Assembly (NCBI GenBank): GCA_050949045.1 | Contig: JBMNEZ010000001.1 | Location: 992,001 to 1,056,000 of the forward strand | DNA length: 64,000 nt | Direction of reading: 5' to 3' | Source of the DNA: Candidatus Izemoplasmatales bacterium | GTDB taxonomy: Bacteria; Bacillota_I; Bacilli_A; Izemoplasmatales; Hujiaoplasmataceae | Notes under the pieces: generated by a model | What the model was told of the DNA's origin: nothing | The model's database searches: none | The model's input: the letters and a program-made list of their open reading frames with translations, nothing else | Part shown: piece by piece, positions 10,855 through 22,066 of the stretch | Numbering within the stretch: the stretch's first letter is position 1 | Layout of the letters: each line of letters starts with the position of its first letter | Made by a program: the position numbers and the translations under genes

Positions 10855-12643
10855 TCTCTTCACCGCCTTGCATTAATTGTCGATATTCTTCCTCAATCTC
10901 GGCGAGGATAAGTTCGATCTCTTTGGCGAATTGATCTTCTTTAATGTATTTCATCCGACCGATTTTTTCTAGGGCGTTCATCGAAGAAATCTTGGCATAG
11001 GAATAATCTTGATCCAAGGCTTCAAGCCCTTTTTGAAACCAGAAGAGAATCGCCTTCATCATCCCGTATTGCTTGGTGAGGGAAGTGTACGTGTCGATCT
11101 CGTGAAAAGCGTTCTGATGGAGAAAGTCTTCGCGGATGCTGCGGGCGCAATCGAGCATCAGCCGGTCTCTGAATTCGAGCGAGTCGATGCCGACCAATCG
11201 GACGATCTCCTCCAAATGGGCTTCTTCTTGCAAGATTCTCATCGCGGTGGCTACTTGATGCGACCAATCCCTTTTGACTTCCCGGTCGAAATACTCATTT
11301 ATCTCATCACTGTAGAGCGAATAACTCTTCAGCCAGTCAATAGCAGGAAAATGGCGACGATAGGCGAGATTCGCCGAAAGTCCCCAGAAGACTTTCACGA
11401 TCCTCAAGGTTGCTTGAGAAACGGGTTCGGAGGTATCTCCTCCCGGAGGCGAGACGGCCCCGATCGCGGTAACGGCCCCAAAGCGATCATCGGTGCCGAG
11501 GCAGCGGACCAACCCGGCACGCTCATAGAATTCGGCGATCCGGCTTGATAGATAGGCGGGATATCCTTCTTCGCCCGGCATTTCTTCCAACCGTGAGGAC
11601 ATCTCGCGCAGGGCTTCGGCCCAGCGGGAGGTGGAATCGGCCATGATGGCGACCCGGTACCCCATATCGCGATAGTATTCGCCAATGGTGATCCCCGTAT
11701 AGATGGACGCTTCCCGCGCCGCCACCGGCATATTGGAAGTATTGGCGATGAGCACGGTCCGCTTCATAAGAGGTTCGTTGCTTTTTGGATCTTTGAGTTT
11801 CGGAAATTCCATCAATACATCGGTCATTTCGTTGCCACGTTCGCCGCAGCCGACATAGACGATGATGTCGGCATCGGCCCATTTGGACAACTGATGTTGG
11901 ACGACGGTCTTTCCGGAACCGAACGGGCCGGGAATAGCGCCGATACCGCCGATCGCAATCGGAAACAGAGTGTCGATGACGCACTGCCCGGTGACCATCG
12001 GCTCTTTCGGAGCCAATTTTCTTTGATAAGGTCTGCGGATTCGCACCGGCCATTTCTGCATCATCGTGATCGAATGTTCTGTTCCTGATTCATCGGTGAT
12101 GACAGCGATTTTATCGGTGATCACCGCCATGCCGGAAAAAATCCAGGTGAGTGTTCCCTTGATTCCCGGAGGGACCATGACTTTGTGGCGTATCACCGTG
12201 GTCTCTTGGACAAAACCGAGGATGTCGCCTGCTTGGACGTGCATACCGGTTTTGCCCTCAGGTTCAAAGTTCCACTGTTTTTCCCGGTTCAACTTTGGGA
12301 CATCAATCCCCAAAGGTATGCGGTCTCCTGCGGCTTCATAAATGACATTGAGCGGCCGTTGGATGCCGTCAAAAATCCCTTCGATCAATCCCGGTCCCAA
12401 TTCGACCGACAGTGGTTGGTGGGTATCATAGACCGGTTCTCCTGGTCCTATGCCGGCTGTTTCTTCATAAACCTGGATCGATGCCAAGTCGCCGCGAAGT
12501 TCAATGACTTCTCCAAATAAGCGTTTATCGCTGACGAGAACGACGTCGTACATTTTGACGTTTTTCATGTTCTTGGCAACGACAAGCGGCCCGGATACTT
12601 TTGTGATTATTCCATGATTTGGATTGTTTTCAATTTTGTTCAT
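10847..12643 (-). CDS. ntpA: V/A-type ATPase subunit A (catalytic)
   Basis: Walker [18 protein letters not shown] and [13 protein letters not shown] motifs. Confidence 0.97.
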   Translation of the reverse strand: MNKIENNPNHGIITKVSGPLVVAKNMKNVKMYDVVLVSDKRLFGEVIELRGDLASIQVYEETAGIGPGEPVYDTHQPLSVELGPGLIEGIFDGIQRPLNVIYEAAGDRIPLGIDVPKLNREKQWNFEPEGKTGMHVQAGDILGFVQETTVIRHKVMVPPGIKGTLTWIFSGMAVITDKIAVITDESGTEHSITMMQKWPVRIRRPYQRKLAPKEPMVTGQCVIDTLFPIAIGGIGAIPGPFGSGKTVVQHQLSKWADADIIVYVGCGERGNEMTDVLMEFPKLKDPKSNEPLMKRTVLIANTSNMPVAAREASIYTGITIGEYYRDMGYRVAIMADSTSRWAEALREMSSRLEEMPGEEGYPAYLSSRIAEFYERAGLVRCLGTDDRFGAVTAIGAVSPPGGDTSEPVSQATLRIVKVFWGLSANLAYRRHFPAIDWLKSYSLYSDEINEYFDREVKRDWSHQVATAMRILQEEAHLEEIVRLVGIDSLEFRDRLMLDCARSIREDFLHQNAFHEIDTYTSLTKQYGMMKAILFWFQKGLEALDQDYSYAKISSMNALEKIGRMKYIKEDQFAKEIELILAEIEEEYRQLMQGGEENA

Positions 12644-12657
12644 CTTTGATCCCCTTT

Positions 12658-12975
12658 CTAAAAGAGGTTAATGCCAATTGCATTTTCGACATTTTGCTTG
12701 ATTTTTGCCATTCCAATGTTCTTGGTTTCCTTGTCAATGGGCAAAACCGTCAGAATTGGAAAAGGAAGGTGATGATATTTTTCGATGGTTTCCGGTATCT
12801 TTTCATAGAGATCTTCAGCTAGGAAGATCAGCTTGCATTTCCGGTTGGCCAGTTCCGCGATGGCTCTCTCGGCTTCTTGATTGTCTTTTACCTGGAAAGC
12901 CCGAATGCCGACGGTATTGAAGAGTAGAATCTGATCTGTTGTGCCAACAATGGCAATTCTGGGAAAATTGTCCAT
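12658..12975 (-). CDS. V/A-type ATPase subunit F
   Basis: IAIVG N-terminus, VENAIG C-terminus, 105 aa, operon position. Confidence 0.88.
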   Translation of the reverse strand: MDNFPRIAIVGTTDQILLFNTVGIRAFQVKDNQEAERAIAELANRKCKLIFLAEDLYEKIPETIEKYHHLPFPILTVLPIDKETKNIGMAKIKQNVENAIGINLF

Positions 12976-12994
12976 GAATATTCTCTCCTTTTTC

Positions 12995-13948
12995 CTAGTA
13001 GTACGTCAAATCGGCGGGATCGGCGTCATCCTTCGCCATCAAAATGCGAATGTTTTTGGCCTCAGCTTTCTTTTTCAAATAATAATAGATAATCGGTCCG
13101 ATCGAAAAGGCATCGTGCCGGAACGGTTTGACCTGTTCAAGCAGGAGATCGGACAAGGCTTTCTCCAATGTTTCAACCGAGGCTTTTTCTTGATTTTTTT
13201 TCAACTGTCGCGTAAGTTCCTCGTTATAATATGGTTGAAGTGAGGCGAGATACCTTTCAGTCGACGCCTGAAAAGCTTCTAAAAATACCGATTTCGGAAT
13301 AGACCCGTTGTCAAGTAGCATGGACGTGGCTGCCTCTTGTGACCAGCCCAGCAATTTGCTTCTTTCGATCGTGAGCACGTTTTGAAAATCGATGAAAGCG
13401 AGAAGATAGGTCAAAAAGGCCTGTGGTTTCGGAAAACGCAGTTGCCTGATGGCAAATGCCAGCAAAGCGTTATCGATCGCGGCGCTCACCAGCCGCGGAT
13501 TGTCGGAAACGGCTTCCACGGCATTGTCAATGTTTTTCAGTAGCGTTTGAAATAGTTTCGGAAGCGGCGCGCGGTCGTGATTTAATACTGCCTGTTCCAA
13601 AAGGTCTGCCGGGAAAGCGCCTGAGAACTCCGTTTGTCGCGGGCAGGGAATCCCGAACAGCAATTCCTTGTACAGTGCCTTCAAGAGAGTGGCGTCATAA
13701 ACCAAGTAGAAGAGATCTGTCAAGGATTTGTCAGGTGTCAAAGCATCTAGCAGTTGCCTGACGCTTTGAAGCTCCGTTTGAATCAACGCTTCCACATTGG
13801 GTTCGGAAGTTCCCTTTCCGTATCCAAATGACAACAGCGTTGCGACAAATTCGGATTTGGGCGTTTTGGCCAATTTGGCATACTGGGCCCGGTCGAGCAG
13901 TTTATCCTCAATGGCCTTGATAACGCCAATTGCAAAGGGATAATCCAT
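12995..13948 (-). CDS. ntpC: V/A-type ATPase subunit C (AC39 family)
   Basis: MDYPFAIGVIKAIEDKLL start and YYLKKKAEAKNIRI near the C-terminus, operon position. Confidence 0.85.
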   Translation of the reverse strand: MDYPFAIGVIKAIEDKLLDRAQYAKLAKTPKSEFVATLLSFGYGKGTSEPNVEALIQTELQSVRQLLDALTPDKSLTDLFYLVYDATLLKALYKELLFGIPCPRQTEFSGAFPADLLEQAVLNHDRAPLPKLFQTLLKNIDNAVEAVSDNPRLVSAAIDNALLAFAIRQLRFPKPQAFLTYLLAFIDFQNVLTIERSKLLGWSQEAATSMLLDNGSIPKSVFLEAFQASTERYLASLQPYYNEELTRQLKKNQEKASVETLEKALSDLLLEQVKPFRHDAFSIGPIIYYYLKKKAEAKNIRILMAKDDADPADLTYY

Positions 13949-13949
13949 A

Positions 13950-14582
13950 TCAAACACCAGACTCGAACAAGAGTTGGGCGAGCTCCGCTTCATACCTATC
14001 CTTGATTCCTGAAAGCAAAGTCAAATGGGAATGGTCGATGTCAAACGCCTTGCCAATCACCAAGAAGCCGCCGGATATCGGGGCAGTCTGGTCCGACAAG
14101 GTCAGTTGGAATGTCCCCTTGCCGAGAAATTTATTCAATTTATCGAGAGGAAGCGCTCCGCCGGAATTGGAATCCGACGTGAACAATTTGCGAAAACGCA
14201 CCTGATCCTGAGGCGAAGCCACGATGGTTTCGGTCCCGGTCAAGCGGTCTTTCTTCAGTAACTGCTTCACAAGCGTCATCCATTTCTCATCGGAAATCAA
14301 GGACAACTTCTTCAAGGCTTCCTGAAGCACATCAGTCAAGCATTGCTGTTTGCAGGCTAAAGTCGCGGATTTCGCTTGTTGCTCAAATTCCGTGACTTTG
14401 CTTTTGAAGCGGTTGTCTTGTTTTTCCTTGAATTTGACCTGATCGCCCAAAATCGCGTTTTCTGTTTCCTTCAGCCGGCTTTGGACAAAGCTATCGGCTT
14501 CGGCTTCGCCGGCATCGCGGATCTTCTTCGCGTCGAGCTTTCCTTTTTGCACTATTTTGTCATAGATAGATAGGTTTGCCAA
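13950..14582 (-). CDS. ntpE: V/A-type ATPase subunit E
   Basis: Coiled-coil N-terminus, ISGGFLV motif, position between subunits K and C. Confidence 0.85.
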   Translation of the reverse strand: MANLSIYDKIVQKGKLDAKKIRDAGEAEADSFVQSRLKETENAILGDQVKFKEKQDNRFKSKVTEFEQQAKSATLACKQQCLTDVLQEALKKLSLISDEKWMTLVKQLLKKDRLTGTETIVASPQDQVRFRKLFTSDSNSGGALPLDKLNKFLGKGTFQLTLSDQTAPISGGFLVIGKAFDIDHSHLTLLSGIKDRYEAELAQLLFESGV

Positions 14583-14598
14583 AAGTCTTCACTCGTTT

Positions 14599-15072
14599 CT
14601 ATAAGGGGATCCCCTGAATCATGAGAATGCTGGCTAAAAGCGCCAAAATGGCGTAGGTTTCGACGAGAACCGTCATCGTCATGCCTTTCGCGGAAGCTTC
14701 CGGTTGCTTCGCCACCATCATAATCGAATTCACCGCCATCTTTGCTTGGTAATATGCCGATAGCGGCAACACGATAATCGATGGAACGCAAGCGCCAAAC
14801 ATGGCCCAGCCTGCTTCCGCCGACAGCACGGGAGCGCCACCAGCTAAGAGCCCGAGCCGGACGAGCACCAGTATCGCAACTAAGAAGCCGTAAATGCCCT
14901 GGGTGCCGGGAAGGGCTTGCAAAATTAACACCTTGCCAAACAATTCCGGCTTTTCGCTGACGACTCCCGCCGCCGCTTTTCCGGCCATTTGTACGCCGAG
15001 TGCCGAGCCGAGTCCGCCAAAAACTGCGGCCGCCGCGGCGCCGATAATCGCAATCAATAAACCTTCGTTCAT
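14599..15072 (-). CDS. ntpK: V/A-type ATPase subunit K (proteolipid)
   Basis: Four TM segments, LPGTQGIYG and VETYA motifs. Confidence 0.96.
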   Translation of the reverse strand: MNEGLLIAIIGAAAAAVFGGLGSALGVQMAGKAAAGVVSEKPELFGKVLILQALPGTQGIYGFLVAILVLVRLGLLAGGAPVLSAEAGWAMFGACVPSIIVLPLSAYYQAKMAVNSIMMVAKQPEASAKGMTMTVLVETYAILALLASILMIQGIPL

Positions 15073-15101
15073 AATCTAATCCTCCATTAGGTTATCTATT
15101 T

Positions 15102-16967
15102 TTATTTTACTGTATCGTTGATCATATCAACGTAATAAGTCTGTAAAGACAAAGGTTGGAAGGGGATGCCCCCGCCTTCGTAAAACTTGTTGAAGAATTC
15201 TATATATTGTAGGCGACTGTCATGAATATAGGCCGACAACATTCCCATCGCTAAATTGAAGGCATGACCGATCAGATAGACAAAGAGCGAGAAGATGAAT
15301 CCGATCACATTGCCTTGCAACATCCCCGCCAGCATGTTCATGACCATGGCGATCATGCCCGAGGACATCATCAGCGCCAAAATGCGAGAGTAGGAGAGAA
15401 TATCTCCCAAATAACCGGTGACGCCATAAAGCGAATAGAGTCCGGAGCCGAGACGGGAGAAGAGATTCTTGTTCGCTCTCCCAGAGAACAGCAGGATCAA
15501 GCCTGCGCCCGCGATCATCAACCACATCCCGGCCGTTTTCGTTCCCGGCAGAAAGAACAACCCGGCCCCGATCAAAATGAAGATCCAGCTGAATTGGTCC
15601 GCGATGATCGCGAAGTACTGCTTGTCGCGAAAATTGCGATATGCCTTGACAAGTAAACCCGAGATGATATGGCAGCCGCCGATCACGATCGACAGAATCA
15701 GCATTTCCAAGGGTTTGTCCATCGGGGACATCAGGATCGGGTTCCAGGTGACTCCGAAATAACTGCCGAACAAGATGCCCCAAATGATGGTAGAAACCCC
15801 CGAATACATCAGAACCCGAAACAGTCTCAAGGAGTTGCCTTTGGGTTTCATCTTAGCGATCAGGAAGGCGAAGAGCCCAACCATGACGATGCCGTACCCG
15901 GCGTCGCCCATCATAATGCCGAAGATGAGCCAATACCAGATCGACATAACCGGATTCGGATCGACTTCATCCGGATGCGGTTTTTCAAACATATCGGTGA
16001 TCGTTTCAAAAGCATCCACGAACCAATTGTTCTTGGTGACGGTCGGGGGCTGCTCGCCGGGATCCGGTTCGATCTGTTCCATGTCGTAAAGGTCGGTGAC
16101 CGCTTCGATCGCCTTTTTTACACGATCTATCCGGTCGCTCCGGACCCAGCCTTCCAAGAACACGGTGGCCAGGGTGTCTTGGGTTTTGACCTGTTTCAAA
16201 TGGGCATCACTGACAACCCGGTCATATAGAAGCCTGAGTTTGGCTTCTTCTTTGGCAAAGTCGCGAAGCCTAGCCTCAGAGGCTTGAATAGTGTCGTTCA
16301 ACGCGACGCTTCTCGCGTGGAATCCAGCCAGGATTGCTTCCGGGGTTTGCTCAGTTTTCGGCAGCTCCACCTCCGTGAATCCCATCATCTTGGCATGATG
16401 GTCAATCTCGGCAGCCTCGTCTTTGATGACGGCATAGACCAAGGCATGTTGCCGATCGCTTGCCCCCAGCACTTGAACAGGGTTTCCGGTGCTTTCGATC
16501 CATTCGACCAAGGCTTCCAACTGCGCATCCGGAATCAGCCCGGTGCGAAGCACGACCGTCTTGGCGACATCCAACTGATCAAGCCTGATATTCAAATCCT
16601 TCCAGGGAAGATAAGCGGCTTGTTTTTCCTTGATGGAGGCAAGCTCTTGACGGGCTTCTTCAATCGTGCGGGAGCATTTCTCGATTTGCTTTAGCAATTC
16701 CGTATGTTTCGGACGTTCGGCGATGAATTCTTCATAGGAAACCTCGATCCTAGTCTTCTCGGCCTTGTCTTGAAATTTTTTCAAAAGTGCCAACGACTGC
16801 GACGCCCGCAAAGCCAGTTGTTCCTCTGCAAGTGAATCAGTAAGTTCGATGTCGCTGTCTTTGGGTGGGATCAACATGATCTCCCCCGCCCGCTGTAAAG
16901 ATTTCAACAAAGCTTCCTTGGTTTCCTTTAAGGCTACGATTTGGACTTTGATAACGGGGATGATCAT
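15102..16967 (-). CDS. ntpI: V/A-type ATPase subunit I
   Basis: FGIMMGDAGYG, DILSYSRILAL and RLQYIEFFNKFYEGGG motifs. Confidence 0.96.
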   Translation of the reverse strand: MIIPVIKVQIVALKETKEALLKSLQRAGEIMLIPPKDSDIELTDSLAEEQLALRASQSLALLKKFQDKAEKTRIEVSYEEFIAERPKHTELLKQIEKCSRTIEEARQELASIKEKQAAYLPWKDLNIRLDQLDVAKTVVLRTGLIPDAQLEALVEWIESTGNPVQVLGASDRQHALVYAVIKDEAAEIDHHAKMMGFTEVELPKTEQTPEAILAGFHARSVALNDTIQASEARLRDFAKEEAKLRLLYDRVVSDAHLKQVKTQDTLATVFLEGWVRSDRIDRVKKAIEAVTDLYDMEQIEPDPGEQPPTVTKNNWFVDAFETITDMFEKPHPDEVDPNPVMSIWYWLIFGIMMGDAGYGIVMVGLFAFLIAKMKPKGNSLRLFRVLMYSGVSTIIWGILFGSYFGVTWNPILMSPMDKPLEMLILSIVIGGCHIISGLLVKAYRNFRDKQYFAIIADQFSWIFILIGAGLFFLPGTKTAGMWLMIAGAGLILLFSGRANKNLFSRLGSGLYSLYGVTGYLGDILSYSRILALMMSSGMIAMVMNMLAGMLQGNVIGFIFSLFVYLIGHAFNLAMGMLSAYIHDSRLQYIEFFNKFYEGGGIPFQPLSLQTYYVDMINDTVK

Positions 16968-17272
16968 GATTCAATCACCTTCTCCATCAAAAAATCCACC
17001 GCCCGGTTTTTCCGTTTGGCGGCGAGACGAATAATGCTCTCGTTTTGAGCCTGATTCTCCTTCCGGATTTTATCGGCAGCTTCCTGAATCCGAAGATCGG
17101 TGGCTTGCAATATTTCCTTTTCGGTTTTCTTGGCTTTCTCCATTAATTCCTTGACCGCCTTGTTCGCTTTAGCCTTGCTTTTTTCCATGACGGTCTTGAC
17201 TTCTTCAGAAGCCTCGAGCCGGAATTTTTCTGCTTGGGCTTCCGCTTTGAGAATCGAATCCAGTATCGGCAT
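16964..17272 (-). CDS. V/A-type ATPase peripheral stalk subunit G/H
   Basis: Charged helical protein starting MPILDSILKAEAQAE, first gene of the ATPase cluster. The ORF-track extension overlapping upp is not credible. Confidence 0.75.
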   Translation of the reverse strand: MPILDSILKAEAQAEKFRLEASEEVKTVMEKSKAKANKAVKELMEKAKKTEKEILQATDLRIQEAADKIRKENQAQNESIIRLAAKRKNRAVDFLMEKVIES

Positions 17273-17382
17273 CTTCTCACCGCCTTTCGAGTAATAATTT
17301 GACTTTGTTATAAAAAAAGAAAACGATATGATTGTCTCAGTGACCGTGCCATATGGGTCACAGCCACTGAAGGGGCTGGTTC

Positions 17383-18009
17383 CTATTTCGTGCCGAACAG
17401 CCGATCGCCACAATCGCCGAGCCCGGGAACGATATACCCGATCTCGTTCAGCCTCTCGTCAACGGCCACGAGGTAGATATCGACATCGGGATGGTGTTCA
17501 TGCAACATTGCAATGCCTTCGGGGCACCCGACCAAGCCGACAAAGCGAATGTCTTTGCCACCGGCTTTCTTGATCAGATCGACCGCTGCGACGGCGCTGC
17601 CGCCGGTGGCCAGCATCGGGTCGACGATCATGATTTGGGCGTTGGGCAACACTTTGGGAAATTTCGCATAATAGGTATGGGGCTGCAGGGTTTCCTCATC
17701 GCGGTAAAGACCGATATGGCCGATCTTTGCCGTGGGAATGACGTTATGGATGCCGTCGACCATCCCGAGCCCCGCTCTTAGAATCGGCACAATGACGACA
17801 TCCTTGGCGAGGATTTTACAGGAGGTCGCGGCGATTGGCGTCTCAACTTCCACTGTTTTTGTCATTAAATCCCTGGTGATCTCGTAAGCGACCAGACTAC
17901 AGACCTCATTGACGTTTTCTCTGAATGTTTTCGTGTCAGTGTGCTTGTTCCTGATGATCGCCATTTTGTGATCGATCAGAGGGTGGTTGATGGTGATTAC
18001 TTTTCCCAC
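17383..18009 (-). CDS. upp: uracil phosphoribosyltransferase
   Basis: [19 protein letters not shown] and [17 protein letters not shown] motifs. Confidence 0.98.
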   Translation of the reverse strand: MGKVITINHPLIDHKMAIIRNKHTDTKTFRENVNEVCSLVAYEITRDLMTKTVEVETPIAATSCKILAKDVVIVPILRAGLGMVDGIHNVIPTAKIGHIGLYRDEETLQPHTYYAKFPKVLPNAQIMIVDPMLATGGSAVAAVDLIKKAGGKDIRFVGLVGCPEGIAMLHEHHPDVDIYLVAVDERLNEIGYIVPGLGDCGDRLFGTK

Positions 18010-18455
18010 TTGTCGTTCTCCTCGTAATTACGGATGATCTCAAGCCGTCTGAGATGCCTCTCGCTAGAAGAATAATCGCTTTCCAAATACGAATCGACGA
18101 AACTGAGAACTTCCTGGATCGTGTTCGTCCGGGAACCAAGGCAAAGGACATTGACATGGTTGTGTTCTTTCATCGCCTTGGCGATGAATTCTGTATAGGG
18201 TGCACCGGCGCGGATTCCTTTAACTTTGTTCGCGGCGATGCTCATGCCGATGCCGGTGGCGCAGACCAAAACTCCGTAGTCGGCCTCTTTGTCCCTGACA
18301 GCTTCCGCCACTTTGATGGCATAGACGGGATAATCGGTCGGGGCATCGGAATAACAGCCCTTGTCGATCGTTTCGATCCCCCGTTTATGGAGATGATCGA
18401 TAATCGGTTTCTTATAGGGAAAGCCCGCATGATCTGAGCCTATCGCTATCTTCAC
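17997..18455 (-). CDS. rpiB: ribose-5-phosphate isomerase B
   Basis: IGSDHAG and [18 protein letters not shown] motifs. GTG start follows GGAGG. Confidence 0.96.
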   Translation of the reverse strand: MKIAIGSDHAGFPYKKPIIDHLHKRGIETIDKGCYSDAPTDYPVYAIKVAEAVRDKEADYGVLVCATGIGMSIAANKVKGIRAGAPYTEFIAKAMKEHNHVNVLCLGSRTNTIQEVLSFVDSYLESDYSSSERHLRRLEIIRNYEENDKWEK

Positions 18456-18489
18456 GTCAACCCCTCCATCCGTCCATAACACTATGACG

Positions 18490-18518
18490 ATTATAACAAA
18501 ATCGGTCTTTTTTTACAA
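18490..18518 (-). promoter_or_regulatory. promoter upstream of rpiB
   Basis: TTGTAA-17 bp-TATAAT with TGn. Confidence 0.7.
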
Positions 18519-18557
18519 TAGAAAAACAACTATTCCGAATATATAAAGACTTGCATC

Positions 18558-19118
18558 TCAACGTTTAATAACGACTCTTCCCTGCCGCAGCACTTGGAGT
18601 GTGATGGTATCGTAAATTGTCGATGCGCTTCCTTGGAGATCGCCGCCGGGAACCAGATAGTCGACCTTGTCCAGATACTTGATGGCATCCTGATATTTGA
18701 AAACAGCCGGTTGGCCGGCTTGGTTCAAACTGGTCGTCACCATAGGCCCGAAATGGCTGAGGATCCGCAGTGCCAAAGCATGATTGGGGATCCTGACGCC
18801 GATGGTGTCGCGGTTAGCGGTCGCAAGACAAGAAACCTTCGCGGTCTTTCTTGCGATCAGGGTCAGTTCCCCCGGCCAATATTTTTCGGCAAGTTCCATA
18901 AAGATCTCGTTAGCCTCGACCAAGGTTTTGATCTGTTCAAGATCGTTGGCAAGCACCGCCATGGGTTTTCCGTAATCCCTGGATTTCAACCGGTAGATTC
19001 GGTCGATCATCTCGATATCATCATAAAGACAACCGAGACCGTAGACGGTGTCGGTTGGAAAGACGATGATCTTCCCGCGCAGATTTTCTTTGATCAATGA
19101 GTCGACATCAATGATCAT
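18558..19118 (-). CDS. tsaC: L-threonylcarbamoyladenylate synthase (YrdC/TsaC, no SUA5 C-domain)
   Basis: FPTDTVYGLG, KxR..KP, WPGELT and IGVRIP motifs. Confidence 0.92.
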   Translation of the reverse strand: MIIDVDSLIKENLRGKIIVFPTDTVYGLGCLYDDIEMIDRIYRLKSRDYGKPMAVLANDLEQIKTLVEANEIFMELAEKYWPGELTLIARKTAKVSCLATANRDTIGVRIPNHALALRILSHFGPMVTTSLNQAGQPAVFKYQDAIKYLDKVDYLVPGGDLQGSASTIYDTITLQVLRQGRVVIKR

Positions 19119-19122
19119 TGTC

Positions 19123-19782
19123 TCACCCTTTCACAATCTCCAAAATGGCAATGGGATCGTCAACGATGTAGTCCGCTCCCGCTTCAACCAATTCCCGTCG
19201 CGGTCGAAATCCCCAAGTTACGCCGATCACGGCCACAGAAGCGTTCTTGGCGGTCTCAATATCCGTTTTTGTATCGCCGATGTAGACAACTTCCTCCGGC
19301 CTTGCGCCAAAACCGTCTATTATCAACTTGAGTGATTCCGGATGTGGTTTGATCGGCAGTTCCGGACGTTTACCCAGCACAATCTCGAAAGCGCTCTTCA
19401 GGTTAAAGTGTTCGACAATTAAAAGAACATCCTGATCCTGCTTGTTGGAGAGAATGGCGAGTTTCACTCCCTCTTCTCTGAGCCTCGAAATCAAATCAGC
19501 GATTCCCGGATAGAGGCTGGTCGTCTCAAGCATCCGTTTCTGATAGATTTCCAAGTATTCCCTTTTTCGCAATAAATGTTCATCCTCATCGGTTTTGCGT
19601 CCTTTGAAGATGGAGGCAATCAATGAGTCGACGCCAAGACCGACGAAAAGCTTGTAGTCTCCCAATGTGTAAGGATTCATTCCATGCATGGCCAACAACT
19701 CGTTGCCCGAATTCATGATGTCTTCGATCGTATCGAACAAAGTGCCATCGAGGTCAAAAACCGCATACTTGAACTTAGCCAA
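19123..19782 (-). CDS. HAD-family hydrolase (phosphoglycolate phosphatase-like)
   Basis: FDLDGTL, KPHP and YIGDT..D motifs. TTG start inferred just upstream of motif I. Confidence 0.9.
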   Translation of the reverse strand: MAKFKYAVFDLDGTLFDTIEDIMNSGNELLAMHGMNPYTLGDYKLFVGLGVDSLIASIFKGRKTDEDEHLLRKREYLEIYQKRMLETTSLYPGIADLISRLREEGVKLAILSNKQDQDVLLIVEHFNLKSAFEIVLGKRPELPIKPHPESLKLIIDGFGARPEEVVYIGDTKTDIETAKNASVAVIGVTWGFRPRRELVEAGADYIVDDPIAILEIVKG

Positions 19783-20413
19783 TTGTCTCACCGCCAAACT
19801 CCAAGCACAGTTGCCTAGCAAGTCTCGACTTGACCGGCTTATAAGAACAGCGGTGGATCTTGGAGACGCCGAGCCTGTCAAGCGCCTCAAGATGAGCTTT
19901 AGTAGGATAGCCCTTGTGGACGGCGAATCCGTATCCGGGATAAAGAATGTCCATCCGGGCCATGATTTCGTCCCTCGCAGTCTTCGCGAGGATCGAGGCA
20001 GCCGCAATCGAAGCCGACAACTGATCGCCCTTGACGATCGCCGTCAATGGCGCTTTGAATCCGCTGAGCTCAACGTAGTCGGTGAGAATGTAATCGGGTT
20101 CGGCCTTAAGAGTCTTAATGGCCTCGGTCATCGCTTCTTTCGAGGCTTCGAGGATATTGATCTGATCGATCCGGCTCTCGGAGACACTGGCGATAGCGTA
20201 AGCAATCGCTTTTTCTTTGATGATTTTAGCCAAGAGTTCGCGTGTTTTTGGCGTTAGTTTCTTGGAATCGGCGATCCCGGCAATAGGTAGATCGGGATCC
20301 AAAATAACAGCGGCGGCGACTACCGGTCCGGCAAGCGGACCTCGTCCCGCCTCATCGGCGCCGCAGATAAAACGGTAGCCTTCTTCTCTCAGTTTTCGCT
20401 CATAGCGATCCAT
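19775..20413 (-). CDS. rnhB: ribonuclease HII
   Basis: GADEAGRGPLAGPV, DSKKL and SIAAASILAK motifs. Confidence 0.97.
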   Translation of the reverse strand: MDRYERKLREEGYRFICGADEAGRGPLAGPVVAAAVILDPDLPIAGIADSKKLTPKTRELLAKIIKEKAIAYAIASVSESRIDQINILEASKEAMTEAIKTLKAEPDYILTDYVELSGFKAPLTAIVKGDQLSASIAAASILAKTARDEIMARMDILYPGYGFAVHKGYPTKAHLEALDRLGVSKIHRCSYKPVKSRLARQLCLEFGGETIG

Positions 20414-21272
20414 AGTCTTCGATCCCTTCAAAAGTCAATGGGCCAAGCATCTGGTTGCGAAGATCGTAGAGAAAGAGGTTGTAGACTCGGTCTAGGTCGA
20501 TCAACCCGCCTGGAAGAAGGCAGCCCCGGTTTCTGCCGATGGTTTCGAACACAAGCCGAAAGTCATCCGAAAGTAACTCGAGGCCATAGCGATCCCGAAT
20601 CCGTTCGGGATATTTGCATATCATTAGCTCCAAGCCGAAACAGGCGACCGCTTCCAAAGGAATGAGGTCGGCCTTGATCGAGCCGGTGAGCGCCAAAAGC
20701 ATCCCAATACGTTCGCTTTCAAAGCGAGGCCAAAGAATTCCGGGATTGTCAAGCAGTTCAAGGTCGTTTCCCGCTCTTAAGAAAATCTGTTTTCTCGTTA
20801 CCCCGGGGGTATCGGCTGTTTTCGCTTTCGCTTTGCCCACCAAACGGTTGATGAACTGAGACTTGCCGACATTGGGGATACCGAGGACCATCGCCCTAAA
20901 CGGCCTTGGCTTCATGCCCTTCCTAGCTTCTTTTTCGCTTAATTCCCATAGCATCGCTTTCGTCCTGGCAAGAACCGAATTCAAAGGCGAGCCAGAAAGC
21001 GAATTGACCGCGAGTGCGGGGATGCCTTTTTGTTCATAGAAATCGATGAATTTCTGGGTCTCTTCCTGATCCGCGAGATCAGCTTTGTTTAAGATGATCA
21101 GCCGCGGTTTGGTTTTGATGATCGCCCCGATCAGCGGATTGGCGGATGCGAACGGAATTCTGGCATCCAAAAGTTCATAGATGACATCTACCAGTTTCAA
21201 TTTTTCCTCAACCAGCCGCCTGGCTTTCGCCATATGGCCGGGAAACCATTGGATCTGTTTCACATTCGCCAC
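20400..21272 (-). CDS. rbgA: ribosome biogenesis GTPase RbgA/YlqF
   Basis: IQWFPGHMAKA, NKAD and GIPNVGKS motifs (circularly permuted GTPase). Confidence 0.96.
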   Translation of the reverse strand: MANVKQIQWFPGHMAKARRLVEEKLKLVDVIYELLDARIPFASANPLIGAIIKTKPRLIILNKADLADQEETQKFIDFYEQKGIPALAVNSLSGSPLNSVLARTKAMLWELSEKEARKGMKPRPFRAMVLGIPNVGKSQFINRLVGKAKAKTADTPGVTRKQIFLRAGNDLELLDNPGILWPRFESERIGMLLALTGSIKADLIPLEAVACFGLELMICKYPERIRDRYGLELLSDDFRLVFETIGRNRGCLLPGGLIDLDRVYNLFLYDLRNQMLGPLTFEGIEDYGSL

Positions 21273-21280
21273 TTCTTTCC

Positions 21281-22066
21281 TTATCTTACCGGATAGATGA
21301 CCTTGCCGAGCAGTTCATCCTCGCTGACAAGACCGAAATAACGGGAGTCGTGTGAGTTCATCCGGTTGTCGCCTAAAACGAAATACATTCCCTCGGGAAT
21401 GACGCCGTCGTAACCTTCAAAAGTGATTCTGATCGAAGTCTCGACGTTTTCGCCGTTGACACTGACACCGTTTCCATCCACAACCAAATAGTCGCCCGGG
21501 AGCGCAATCAGCCGCTTGATGAGTTTCTCGGATTTCTGGATGATGACGACATCGCCGCGCTGATATTCCACCTGATTATGGTAGATCAGCGTGAACTCGC
21601 CGTCATGATAGGTTGGTTCCATCGACTCGCCACCGATATAGGCAAAGCCGAGAAAGAAACCGTTGACGGTGATGATGATGGCGATAAACAGCGGGACGAT
21701 GCTGAAGAGATCGAAGACGGCGTACTGCTTGGTGATCGCCTTATTCTCGGCGACTTTATTGCGGTCGGCCCGAAGAATGATCACTTTTACGCTGAACCAG
21801 GCCAAATAAAGAAAACAGATGAGCATCAGAATATAGGTGACGATTCGAAAAATCCGGCCCGTCTCGGGAAACGATGAATCATCGTGATTGAAATTGAAGA
21901 TGAAAAGTGGCTTGTTCATAAAAACGATCGTCATCACAACGACAAAAACCATCAGGCAGAGCGTAAGCAAAGCCTGAATGAAAGCTTTCTTGAAAGGAAA
22001 TATTGCGGCGCTTGGTTCACCGATTTGTTCTTCGTCGATCTGATTGACTGTGTTTTCTTCGCTCAT
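21281..22066 (-). CDS. lepB: signal peptidase I with multi-TM N-terminus
   Basis: [17 protein letters not shown] and [14 protein letters not shown] motifs. Confidence 0.93.
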   Translation of the reverse strand: MSEENTVNQIDEEQIGEPSAAIFPFKKAFIQALLTLCLMVFVVVMTIVFMNKPLFIFNFNHDDSSFPETGRIFRIVTYILMLICFLYLAWFSVKVIILRADRNKVAENKAITKQYAVFDLFSIVPLFIAIIITVNGFFLGFAYIGGESMEPTYHDGEFTLIYHNQVEYQRGDVVIIQKSEKLIKRLIALPGDYLVVDGNGVSVNGENVETSIRITFEGYDGVIPEGMYFVLGDNRMNSHDSRYFGLVSEDELLGKVIYPVR

